NCBI GenBank assembly: GCA_020724555.1 | Contig: DYGT01000006.1 | Location: forward strand, 1,649-65,648 | Reading direction: 5' to 3' | DNA length: 64,000 bases | Source: Candidatus Microgenomatus sp. | Lineage (GTDB): Bacteria > Patescibacteriota > Microgenomatia > UBA8517 | Part shown: positions 9,307 to 18,423 of the stretch, piece by piece | Layout of the letters: the number at the start of each line of letters is the position of its first letter | Position numbering within the stretch: position 1 is the stretch's first letter | Notes under the pieces: generated by a model | The model's database searches: none | Told to the model about the DNA's origin: nothing | The model's input: the letters and a program-made list of their open reading frames with translations, nothing else | Position numbers and translations under genes: made by a program

Positions 9307-10407
9307 TTAACTTACTCCTAGACCTCCAATTAATTGTTTAAGGCTATCTTCCATGTCATATATGGTGCTAATTTTCCCCGCTAAGATGCTCATGTAATAT
9401 GGGTTTTGGGAATGAATGGTGATAAGAGTTGGTCTTGAATCGTCTTTCTCGGAGGACATTAAAATAGGTTTTACTTCGAAGATTGAGTTTAGATATTCAA
9501 AGTCGATATTCTTTTTGAGATAACTCCTAGCGAGAGATTCCGCCCTTTTATCATCTGGTTTAGCTCTTATACCATTAATGTTCTGCGGTTTTGTGTAGGA
9601 AGTATTTAGTGGAGTAAAACTTACTGATGACAAAGAATAGATACTACCATCACCAAACGGCATTAGAGAGAAAAATGGACCATCCATCACGGTTAGCCCA
9701 ATTCCTGAAAATCCATTATTCATCTTGCATATTTTAAGTTCACAAAGCTCATATTTAATATCATAACCATTAAACCCAAACATTTTATTGATCTCGTTAA
9801 CATTACTGTATGTTGCGTTCACAATAAGCGGTGCTTCGAGAAGAGAAGCGTCTTTTAATGTTAAAACATACTTGGAATCTGAAACTTTTTGAGCGGTGGG
9901 GAAGTTTTGGTAATAAATGTCAATATTTTTATTGTTTGAGAGTTGGTTTAGAAAGTATTCCTTAAGTTTTGCGTAATCAAAACATGCCTCTTCTGCTTCA
10001 AAAACAACATCTACTCTATCTTCCTGGAAAAATAGTGACCTACTAACTTCTTTTAATGGAATTCCAACTTTTCTACAAAATCTAATATATTCTTCTGGTG
10101 ATGTCTTAGAATTTTCTTTCGAAATTGCATAATATTGTTTAAAAGGTTTTAGTATAGCGAAGCTAAAGTCGTTGCAAAAACGGTTGTAATAATTTGCTGT
10201 TTTTCGTGCGGTTTCTAAGCTTCTCGGATAGTGATATCCCCTGTGAACCCTTGCTTGATTGATCTTACTTGCTCTCTCAAAAATTTCTTTTTCTTTTTCC
10301 AATACCGCCACTTTTAAGCCTTTGGACGATAGCACCTGTGCGGCATAAAGACCAAAAATTCCCCCGCCAATAATAATCGCATTATATTTTCTAATTTTTT
10401 TACTCAT
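9307..10407 (-). CDS. FAD-dependent oxidoreductase (DAO-like)
   Basis: IIGGGIFG; ASKINQARVHRGYHYPRS; MDGPFFS. Confidence 0.88.
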   Translation of the reverse strand: MSKKIRKYNAIIIGGGIFGLYAAQVLSSKGLKVAVLEKEKEIFERASKINQARVHRGYHYPRSLETARKTANYYNRFCNDFSFAILKPFKQYYAISKENSKTSPEEYIRFCRKVGIPLKEVSRSLFFQEDRVDVVFEAEEACFDYAKLKEYFLNQLSNNKNIDIYYQNFPTAQKVSDSKYVLTLKDASLLEAPLIVNATYSNVNEINKMFGFNGYDIKYELCELKICKMNNGFSGIGLTVMDGPFFSLMPFGDGSIYSLSSVSFTPLNTSYTKPQNINGIRAKPDDKRAESLARSYLKKNIDFEYLNSIFEVKPILMSSEKDDSRPTLITIHSQNPYYMSILAGKISTIYDMEDSLKQLIGGLGVS

Positions 10408-11375
10408 GATTCTTTAGATTTAAATGGTATTTGAATTCCTTCTGGATTTATCTGAACATAATCTCTATATTCTTTGATATTTTTTAACTCTTTGATTGTC
10501 TCTCTGAGGAGCTTGATATAAGGTCTATAAATAATCCTTTCTACTTCTGGAGAGATAGGGTAATCGTTGTGCCTGTCGCCAGTGATAATATATCGGTAAT
10601 TTTTCAAATTCATTCTAAAACTGTGGTAGTGATAATAGACTAACGGATAGCTGTCATTCAGCAAAATTTGATCATTTTTCTTGGTGATATCATATTTCTG
10701 AATATTCCACGGGGCAGCATTTGTCCCAACATTAACAAGTTCTCTCACTTTTTTAAATCGTGTTCTCCAATCGTCCAAATACTTCTGCTCTCCAAACTTA
10801 CCATCTTCAAATTTTGATGAACACCATTCCATCGTTCTTTTATGCCACCAATCCAGAATTTTTTTGCTATTTCTGTTTTTCCTAAAACACTGAAAAGAGG
10901 TGCAATAATAGCCAACTCTAACAAAGTCATTTACAAATTGGAAAGAAAAATTGTTTGGCTGGATCAACACATCGGCATTGCCAAGCTCCTTGAAGATTAC
11001 TTCAGGAGATTGAAAAAACATTAAGTCGCAATCACAAGAAGAGATAAAATCCGTGTCCTGCTCTAATAAAACCTTCCTAGTTATAAAAGGGTTGCAAGCC
11101 CAATAGTATTCATATCTTTTTACTTTCGAAGCCTTAACCTTCAGCAATTCCTTATTTTCGAACTCTGTTGGATGATAAATTTTGATATTTTTGTAGTTCA
11201 GCTTCCTAAAAATATTGTAAGCTATATCGTCAAAGCAAAACATGTGTAAGAGAAAGTTTTTATGAACTTTTGACAGAGATTTGTATAAAACAATCGCTTT
11301 ATGCAAATAATTAGCGTCGGTGCTAGTTGCGATATGCCTAACTGATGATGTCCTGACGGATTTATTATTTTGCAT
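10404..11375 (-). CDS. GT-A fold glycosyltransferase
   Basis: DANYL, DCD (DxD), GEQKYLDDW, AAPWN, YYHYH motifs; start moved to MQNNK. Confidence 0.8.
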   Translation of the reverse strand: MQNNKSVRTSSVRHIATSTDANYLHKAIVLYKSLSKVHKNFLLHMFCFDDIAYNIFRKLNYKNIKIYHPTEFENKELLKVKASKVKRYEYYWACNPFITRKVLLEQDTDFISSCDCDLMFFQSPEVIFKELGNADVLIQPNNFSFQFVNDFVRVGYYCTSFQCFRKNRNSKKILDWWHKRTMEWCSSKFEDGKFGEQKYLDDWRTRFKKVRELVNVGTNAAPWNIQKYDITKKNDQILLNDSYPLVYYHYHSFRMNLKNYRYIITGDRHNDYPISPEVERIIYRPYIKLLRETIKELKNIKEYRDYVQINPEGIQIPFKSKES

Positions 11376-12048
11376 AATTAATCGGATCAACAGACCCATT
11401 CCTTTGGAATGCCTCTAATCTTGATTTACAATTACTACACCTACCACAGGCAATATCAGAATTGTTATGGCATGACCAAGTCAACTCGAAGGGCACTCCA
11501 AGCTCAAGACCCAACCTGACTGCACCGATCTTGTCAGTTTGAATTAAGGGGGCAACTATCTGAATTGACGGCTTTATAAGAGTTCCCTCCTCAATTAAAC
11601 GCTGCATTGCCTCGACAAATTTTGGACTGTTATCTGGGCAGATATGGTCTCCGCCAGTTGAACCTATACAAACGGCCCCAGCCCTTAAATACTCTGCATA
11701 AGCAATAGCCTGGCTCTCCAAAATAGCGTTTCTGTTGGGAACATATTCATTAACAGCAGTTGTCAGCGTTTCACTCTGAGTTAATGAGACTCCTGGTAGA
11801 GATTTAAGAAGTGGAACTTCAACAACCTTTAAACTTGCACCAAAGTGTTTAGAAAGTGCCTGGGCACACCCCAATTCCTTCTCATAAGTTTTTTGTCCCC
11901 AATCGAAAAATATAAAATGCAACTTAAAACCAGCTCTAGCCATTAGGGCGGCTGCTACAGCGCTATCCAAACCACCACTTACGGTGCATACAGCACTTCT
12001 GCGATCGATTGACTCAAGTCTTTTTTGAATTTCAATTTCTTTTCCCAT
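11365..12048 (-). CDS. queC: 7-cyano-7-deazaguanine synthase
   Basis: SGGLDS PP-loop, DWGQ, YVPNRN, CPD, TWSC...CGRCSNC; start moved to MGKEI. Confidence 0.93.
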   Translation of the reverse strand: MGKEIEIQKRLESIDRRSAVCTVSGGLDSAVAAALMARAGFKLHFIFFDWGQKTYEKELGCAQALSKHFGASLKVVEVPLLKSLPGVSLTQSETLTTAVNEYVPNRNAILESQAIAYAEYLRAGAVCIGSTGGDHICPDNSPKFVEAMQRLIEEGTLIKPSIQIVAPLIQTDKIGAVRLGLELGVPFELTWSCHNNSDIACGRCSNCKSRLEAFQRNGSVDPINYAK

Positions 12049-12049
12049 A

Positions 12050-12832
12050 TTAAGTTCTTCTTTTAGGACCAAACCATATAAGCTGATTTCTAAGTGTGAT
12101 TCTCCAACCCCTAACTTCAACTACTTCTCTAATTACACCCAAGTGTGCCTCTACCTCTTCCTTTGTATGTCCCTCAGGCATCAATAAGATTTTTCCATTG
12201 TCTAAATTACATTCCTCAATAATCTTGTCGATTTCATCTAAATCAGAAGGTCTTGTAACCACGAATTTAAATTGCGATTTGGGCAATCCATTTATTACTC
12301 TCAAAACTTCTGGTTTATATCTTCTCTGTAGAGTATTTCCACTATTCTCGAGCTTTGGGGAACAATTAAATTGACAAGTATGCAACTCTGGAATAGGCAT
12401 AACTGTCCCATTTGTTTCTATTTCCACTTTCCACCCTAGCAGTTTTTGCAGAAGCCTGGCAATCTTCTTTTGCTGCAACAATGGTTCGCCTCCAGTTACA
12501 ACCAGCCTTCGCTCTTTTGATGGGGAGAAAGTTGACTCCCAAGCATTACTAATCTTGATGGCAGCTTCATTGTAAGACCAATCTTCTGGTTCTTGCCAAA
12601 ACTCCCGCTTGCTAGTATCCCAAGTATATCCAGTATCACATAACCATCCGTTTGGAACACCGCATGTTAAATTACAGTAGTGAAGGCGCAAAAAGACAGA
12701 AGGTAGACCTGCAGTAATACCCTCTCCCTGAAAAGTCGTAAAAACTCCATCACCACTAACCTTTAATTTATCGGGCTGAGGTTTTATTCTCTCTCGATCC
12801 TCTGGTGTCGGTTTATATATTTCTCGAGTCAT
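12050..12832 (-). CDS. queE: 7-carboxy-7-deazaguanine synthase (radical SAM)
   Basis: TFQGEG..G.PSVFLRL..CNLTC...CDT, VTGGEPL, IETNG, SPKL. Confidence 0.93.
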   Translation of the reverse strand: MTREIYKPTPEDRERIKPQPDKLKVSGDGVFTTFQGEGITAGLPSVFLRLHYCNLTCGVPNGWLCDTGYTWDTSKREFWQEPEDWSYNEAAIKISNAWESTFSPSKERRLVVTGGEPLLQQKKIARLLQKLLGWKVEIETNGTVMPIPELHTCQFNCSPKLENSGNTLQRRYKPEVLRVINGLPKSQFKFVVTRPSDLDEIDKIIEECNLDNGKILLMPEGHTKEEVEAHLGVIREVVEVRGWRITLRNQLIWFGPKRRT

Positions 12833-13299
12833 AATCTTTTTTCCAATTTTTCAATATCCTTCCGTGTGCAGATAGCCGCACTTGTAGGTGTTTCCCACAA
12901 CTTGATAGAGTAAAGTCTCAAACCCGTTTTGTATTTATCTTTTATGTGACCATCAAGCTGTTTAAATATCCAGGCGGCAATATTTTCAGAAGTAGGCACA
13001 AATGGAACAATAATATATTTCTGTTCGGCATTTTCCTTGAAGAATTTTACAAGAACCTCGTCTTTATTCCACACCATAAACCCATGATCTAACACATTAT
13101 GAACCCGTTCTGTCGCAATTTTCTTGATATCGCCAAAATCTATCACCATCCCTTCATTAGAAACGCCCTCTATATTTACAAGATCGCCCTCAACACATAT
13201 CTCGGCTTTATATCTGTGACCATGCAAATTTCTACACTGCGAGTGGTGATTAGTTACCCGATGCCCCATATCCCACTGGATTTCCTTTATAACTTTCAT
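12829..13299 (-). CDS. queD: 6-carboxy-5,6,7,8-tetrahydropterin synthase
   Basis: GHR...CRNLHGHRY, GMVIDFG, LDH, PTSENIA, LWETP. Confidence 0.93.
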   Translation of the reverse strand: MKVIKEIQWDMGHRVTNHHSQCRNLHGHRYKAEICVEGDLVNIEGVSNEGMVIDFGDIKKIATERVHNVLDHGFMVWNKDEVLVKFFKENAEQKYIIVPFVPTSENIAAWIFKQLDGHIKDKYKTGLRLYSIKLWETPTSAAICTRKDIEKLEKRL

Positions 13300-13300
13300 A

Positions 13301-13885
13301 TCATTTGCTTTGTTGGCTGTTTATTTCTCTATAAAATTGATCTATTAATTTAGTGTTCTTTTTTAGTAACCCTCTAAATATCGTTGTTTTCGTAATACAA
13401 TCTCTTTTTCTTACACCTCTCATACTCATACAAAGGTGTTCTGCTTCAATTGTGACGATTAATCCTCTCGGATTTAAATTTTCCTCTAAAGCATTGGCTA
13501 TTTGGTTAGTGAGATTTTCTTGCGTTTGAAATCGGTGGCTCAAAATTTCCGTCAATCGGACAAACTTAGAGAGTCCAAGCACTTTCCCGTTGGGAATATA
13601 ACCAATATGGATTTTCCCAAAAAACGGGAGCATATGGTGTTCACAGAGACTATGAAACCCTATATTCGTTAGGGTTACTAAATCTTTGTAACCGTTGCTT
13701 TTAAATGTTTTGAAGACTGTCTTTGGATCTTGAGAGTACCCACTAAGCAACTCTTCATACATCCTGAAAACTCTTATGGGTGTTTCTGCTAAACCATCTC
13801 TGGATATATCTTCACCGAAACTATTCAACAACTGGAGGATAAAATTGGTGACTAATTCTTTTCGAGAACCACTCTTATTTGTCAT
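13301..13885 (-). CDS. folE: GTP cyclohydrolase I
   Basis: RDGLAETP.R, SLCEHHMLPFFG, GLSK, QENLT, HLCMSMRG. Confidence 0.95.
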   Translation of the reverse strand: MTNKSGSRKELVTNFILQLLNSFGEDISRDGLAETPIRVFRMYEELLSGYSQDPKTVFKTFKSNGYKDLVTLTNIGFHSLCEHHMLPFFGKIHIGYIPNGKVLGLSKFVRLTEILSHRFQTQENLTNQIANALEENLNPRGLIVTIEAEHLCMSMRGVRKRDCITKTTIFRGLLKKNTKLIDQFYREINSQQSK

Positions 13886-13991
13886 ATGTTGGGTTTTAAC
13901 CTTGCACGACGGCCTACACTTTGATGTTGTGCAGCACGCCCAACTACCGTTGCAATAACTGAATTATACTACAATAAGACGGTATTTGCAA
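13886..13991 (-). promoter_or_regulatory. Sigma70 promoter and structured, pseudoknotted 5' leader of the folE operon
   Basis: TTGCAA(13991-13986)-17-TATAAT(13968-13963); leader helices UUGCA/UGCAA, ACGGU/GCCGU and CUGCAC/GUGUAG; GUUGGG can pair with CCCAAC 2 nt before the AUG. Confidence 0.65.
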
Positions 13992-14001
13992 AAATTACGA
14001 A

Positions 14002-14886
14002 TTACCTGAGAGCTCTTGAAAGTGCTTTTAAGTTTTCATTACTCAGTTGTTGAAAGGGTTTGTCCAGAACATCATTAGGAATATCCATTTCTGAAATAAT
14101 AGCCCTTGCTTGATTTTGGGTTAGTGTTTCACCCGAAAGTCGTGCAAGTTCAATTAGTCCTTCTTTTAAGGAATTCTTTGTCAATGGGCTGTATCTTGAT
14201 GTTACAAACAATCTTTTTAACAGATAATCCCGCTTGCTCAAGTTCATCCCCTCTCTTGTTTTGGGCGTTAATCTTATGATTGCTGAGTCAGTTCTTGGAA
14301 CTGGAAAGAATTTCTTTTTTTCTATTGTTCTGATTACTTGAGGATTAAAAAATGTCTGAGTTAATAAAGTTAGTTGACCAAATGAAGGATCAGTTTCGCT
14401 GCCTACCTCCATTGCATGCATAAACCTCTTACCGACGACAAGGGTAGCATCATGCATTGGAAACTCCGTAATTTTATGTAAAAATGGTTCAGTAATATGG
14501 TAGGGTAGACTAGCAATGATCTGCGTTCGCCCCTTGCGTTTCCCAACCAATGCAGACATCTCTAAAGCAAGAATATCGCCGTAAACTATTCGAACATTTG
14601 GATTGGCTCTTTCAATTTGTGTCAAAATTGGGCTATAGCGCTCGTCTATCTCTACAGAGACAACTTCATTAGCTCTTTTTGCGAGTGCTTCCGTTAATTG
14701 CCCAACTCCAGCTCCAATCTCAATAACTGTTGCTCTCGATACAACAGAATCCGCAAGTGTATTAATTGCATCCTCATCCACCAAAAAATGTTGTCCCAGA
14801 TTTTCGTTGGGTCTAATTCCCAATCTATTAAGCCTGTCAATAATAAGTTTTTTTAAGTCGTCTTCTCTCGAATAAAGTCTTTCCAT
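14002..14886 (-). CDS. KsgA/Erm-family rRNA adenine methyltransferase paralog 2
   Basis: LGQHFLVD, EIGAGVG, VEID, ASLPYHI, FFPVP; start at MERLY is uncertain. Confidence 0.85.
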   Translation of the reverse strand: MERLYSREDDLKKLIIDRLNRLGIRPNENLGQHFLVDEDAINTLADSVVSRATVIEIGAGVGQLTEALAKRANEVVSVEIDERYSPILTQIERANPNVRIVYGDILALEMSALVGKRKGRTQIIASLPYHITEPFLHKITEFPMHDATLVVGKRFMHAMEVGSETDPSFGQLTLLTQTFFNPQVIRTIEKKKFFPVPRTDSAIIRLTPKTREGMNLSKRDYLLKRLFVTSRYSPLTKNSLKEGLIELARLSGETLTQNQARAIISEMDIPNDVLDKPFQQLSNENLKALSRALR

Positions 14887-15338
14887 ACTTTTGATTTTAT
14901 TTTGTATTTTACCCATAATTATAAGGTATTTTACCAAGAAACTAGTTACAGAATCCATAAGATACAAAGTTACCCCTCGTAAAAGCCAGATGAGAAGGCT
15001 TAGAAAGTTCAGCCTGCTACATCCAACAGTTGTTGTGTATTATACTGTAGGGTAATTTCTGGAAATTCCAGGATGTCTAACCAGTTTGCTCGCCTAAAAT
15101 CGTTCCATTTATCCAGCCAAATAGGACGAGAGGGTCGTAAAGACCTCTTTTGGGCTGATTTATCGGGCATTTTTGCAGGTTCGAAAATCTTTTCTCCAAA
15201 TTATCCCGAATTGGTCCCTTTCGACCCGTTAGCCTCAACCACTGCATTGTGTATGAGTTTGAAGACCAAATAAGGGGTAGTTTTTCTGTTTTAAGTAAGC
15301 AACATCTAATTTTAATTTTTGCTAAAGATTGGTCATAT

Positions 15339-15529
15339 TTATTTTTTGTTCCTCAGTATTGTTTCAATGTCTTTGGGATCGTAACGCCTGTCGCCTCGCT
15401 TATTAACTCTAATAGCCTTTAATTTCCCGCTTTTACCCCACCTGCGCAAAGTCTCTAATGCACATTCAGAACTTCTGCTGCCTGTTTTATGGTTAAAAGT
15501 TTTGGTAATTCACTTTTGGTCTTCGGCAT
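15339..15529 (-). pseudogene. Frameshifted MerR/excisionase-like HTH gene
   Basis: MPKTKSELPKLLTIKQAAEVLNVH / frameshift / ETLRRWGKSGKLKAIRVNKRGDRRYDPKDIETILRNKK*. Confidence 0.75.
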
Positions 15530-15579
15530 ACTTATACAAAATTGTACAAATTCTGGGTGAAATTTGCTATACTGTTTTT

Positions 15580-15793
15580 ATGGACAAAGTTAGAACTGAA
15601 GCTACTTTAACCTGTCCAAAGTGCGGTAAAGACCAAAAGGTCACCATCCATGCCCATCGACGCCTGTCAACACTTCTACAAATGCGTCCACTGTGGGGAA
15701 ATGTTAAAGCCAAAAGAAGGTGACTGCTGTGTTTTTTGCTCATATGCCAACAGCAAATGCCCGCCAAAACAAATAGGATCTCAACAATTATGA
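15580..15793 (+). pseudogene. GDCCVxC-domain metal-binding protein, frameshifted
   Basis: MDKVRTEATLTCPKCG...; a CCAT duplication near 15644-15651 breaks the frame; continues MPIDACQHFYKCVHCGEMLKPKEGDCCVFCSY. Confidence 0.8.
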
Positions 15794-15951
15794 AGATAAA
15801 CAAGGAATGGCACTTGGCAAACAGGATGCCTAAAAATCCAACACTCGATCAGAGAGTCAAATGGCATGTTGAACACGCCAGAAATTGCTCTTGCCGTCCT
15901 CTTAGTGGAAAAATCTTGGAAGAGATTAAGAAACGAGGCATTAAAGTCTAA
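15790..15951 (+). CDS. Small conserved hypothetical protein
   Basis: MKINKEWHLANRMPKNPTLDQRVKWHVEHARNCSCRP; overlaps the upstream stop (ATGA). Confidence 0.65.
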   Translation: MKINKEWHLANRMPKNPTLDQRVKWHVEHARNCSCRPLSGKILEEIKKRGIKV

Positions 15952-16117
15952 GCCTGAATCTGTGCTATTGTAGGACTTTCAAAGGTTAGAGGTGGTGGCG
16001 TAGAGTGTATTATCCTCCCGCAATCGTCTCTCTGGGTTATTATTCTCACTTTTCTTTTGTTGGGAAGTATCAATCCAAACCTGAAGTCTAATGTTGTGGT
16101 TTGGTAAGTTCTATCCC

Positions 16118-16157
16118 AATCGAAAGTTTTGACATGAATGAAGTATATCAAAATTTG
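16118..16157 (-). repeat. att-like scar copy 1 (promoter plus ATG-MSKLSIGI)
   Basis: 37/40 identical to 19580-19619. Confidence 0.7.
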
Positions 16158-16167
16158 AACTAATTTC

Positions 16168-17539
16168 TTATTCTGCCTTTCGCCATTTTGTTTGACCTTC
16201 ATGATCGTATAATTTTACCCCCATCTGAGTTAATCTGTCTCTGACCTGATCAGCTTCTTCATAGCGTTTTGCTTTTCTCAAAGCATTTCTCTGCTCAATT
16301 AGTCGTTCGATTTCCCTTATATCATCAACCTCTTTGTGTTCAAACCTAAAAACGCCAAAAACTTTGTCAATTTTTCTAAAAAACTCTATTGCACTTTTCC
16401 CAGCCTCACCGTCAATATTTCTTGCCTTCAGATAATCATATATAAGAGACAAGGCTTGGGGGGGTGTTAAAGTCATTATCAAGAGCTGCTATTACACCTG
16501 CTTTTAACTCATCCACCAGTTCTTTCTCTTTAGCCGAGGCATACCCACTATCAAGTCTAAACATAAACTCATCAATTCTCTGCAATGCCTGCCTAGACTG
16601 TTCCAGGACATCTTCATCGTATGTCAATGTAGATCTATAATGACCACTAATAAACATAAATCTCAATACCCGCGGATCATTTGCTTTTAGTGCCTCTCTA
16701 ATAGTTACTATGTTTCCCAAACTCTTTGACATTTTCTCTTCTTTCATGTTCAAAAACCCAGCATGAAGCCAATATTTTACAAATGGGACTTTGCCAGAAA
16801 CGGCTTCCATCTGTGCTATCTCTGCCTCATGATGGGGAAACATTAAATCAACTGCTCCACCGTGAATATCGTACTGAGGCCCAAAGATAGTTTCTGTAAT
16901 TGCTGTATCCTCGATATGCCATCCCGGTCGACCGTTCCCTATATCAGTCTCCCAATAAGGCTCTCCTTCCTTTGCAAATTTCCACAAGCAAAAGTCATTA
17001 GGTCCACGTTTTTCAGGATCTTCATCAACTCGAGAAACACCGTCGGACGGTTTCACATCAGTCCGCCCCGAGAGCTTGCCATAATCAGCGAATCTAGCAA
17101 TTTCAAAATAAATTCCACCTGAAGTTCGGTAGGCATAACCTTATTCTTGGAGTCTCTTTACTTGATCAACGATTTGAGGTATAAAGTCTGTTGCATTAGC
17201 ATATTCAGTTACAGCATCATTCCCAAGTGCCCGCATATCATCTATGAATATGTCTCGATACTTATCGGCTAATTCACGCCAAGAAGTTCCTCTTTCGCGA
17301 GAGCGATTTATAATCTTATCATCAATATCAGTTATATTTTGTAAGTAGTGTACATCATAACCTCGATACCTTAGATATTTAACAATAAAATCAAATTGGG
17401 TAAATGTCTTTGCGTTGCCGATGTGTGCGTAATCATACACAGTAGGACCGCAGACAAACATTTTTACTTCTCTATCGTCGCCAATCGGCTCAAAACTCTC
17501 AGTGCTTCTGGATAGAGTGTTGAAAATTTCAATACTCAT
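16168..17539 (-). pseudogene. cysS: Second cysteinyl-tRNA synthetase, disrupted
   Basis: CGPTVYDYAHIGN, RPGWHIED, KMSKSLGN; in-frame TAA at 17141-17143 and a frameshift in a G run near 16460. Confidence 0.88.
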
Positions 17540-17640
17540 TTTAATACTTTATTGAGCAATTTTATCATGTCAAGCGCCCCTTTTAAGACAATTGTATATA
17601 CTGATATAATTATGAAGAGTAAGAAGGAGGTGATAAATAA

Positions 17641-17889
17641 ATGAGAGAAAGGACACTAGATATTAACCCTTTTGCAACAAAATTTGCGGAACCAATTGCG
17701 GATGAAGATATACTCGACGCTACTGGTTATTATGACGAAGAAACACAAACATGGATACTAGAAAACGATGGTTCTGATTCATCAGTGTTAATGTCTGGTT
17801 TAAACCCCGAACGTCCCCCTACAACTTGTCAAAGAATGACCAAAGTAGGAGATAAGCATTGGACAAGTGACACTTATGTAGATGATTAA
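17641..17889 (+). CDS. Putative graspetide (ATP-grasp RiPP) precursor peptide
   Basis: AAGGAGGTG SD; leader NPFATKFAE and YDEETQ; core rich in T/S/K donors and D acceptors (PPTTCQRMTKVGDKHWTSDTYVDD); an MvdD-like ligase is nearby. Confidence 0.75.
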   Translation: MRERTLDINPFATKFAEPIADEDILDATGYYDEETQTWILENDGSDSSVLMSGLNPERPPTTCQRMTKVGDKHWTSDTYVDD

Positions 17890-17898
17890 GGATATCCC

Positions 17899-18423
17899 AT
17901 GGGCAAAAGTATAGGTTTCTTTCGAAAAAATAAAGACTCGAATAAAGAGTTAGTAGTTTTGTTTGAGAAAATTCAAGAGATCAGAGCAAAAAGTTCTGAT
18001 CGGGACTGGGAAAATAATAATTTTGTCCAAGAACTAGAAGTTTTAGAGGGAAGAGTTCGTCGAAAAACATTAAAACTCCTAGAGAGAAAAAAACTAAAAA
18101 CCGCTGATGATTTTTATAGAGCATCATTTATCTTCCACCATGGTAAGGATTATAAGTCATATTCAATAGCAACGGCTCTTGCTGCCATTAGTCATCATTT
18201 GGGAGACCCATGGGGAAAAAATTTATATGCTGTTGCTTTGGATAGACTATTATTAAGCATCGGTCTACCGCAACAATTTGGTACTCAATACGTTAAAAAG
18301 GGAGGTAAATATCAACTTGCTCCCTTTAATAAATCCACCACAGACAAAGAAAGAAAGAAATATCTTGTTGAACCACTGAGAAAACTAAAAACAAGAGAAA
18401 AAGAACTAAATAAAAAAAATTAA
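17899..18423 (+). CDS. Helical hypothetical protein (DUF6624-like)
   Basis: FIFHHG...YAVALDRLL...GLPQQFGTQY. Confidence 0.65.
   Translation: MGKSIGFFRKNKDSNKELVVLFEKIQEIRAKSSDRDWENNNFVQELEVLEGRVRRKTLKLLERKKLKTADDFYRASFIFHHGKDYKSYSIATALAAISHHLGDPWGKNLYAVALDRLLLSIGLPQQFGTQYVKKGGKYQLAPFNKSTTDKERKKYLVEPLRKLKTREKELNKKN

Noticed and set aside
11365-13885. Standard queuosine operon or dpd DNA-modification island
   Set aside because: No tgt, queF, queA, queG/H or dpdA/B/C in the window, so it is not called as either. Copies elsewhere in the genome cannot be excluded.
13886-13957. Known preQ1-I/II or THF-II riboswitch
   Set aside because: Consensus nucleotides were not recognisable by eye; kept only as an unassigned candidate.
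15948-16202. 84-aa ORF (and the 60-aa ORF at 19431-19613) as real genes
   Set aside because: Their starts overlap promoter elements or other genes; better explained as junction scars.
17141-17143. Stop-codon recoding or alternative genetic code
   Set aside because: The stop is TAA, the gene has a second lesion, and other genes end normally at TAA, TAG or TGA.
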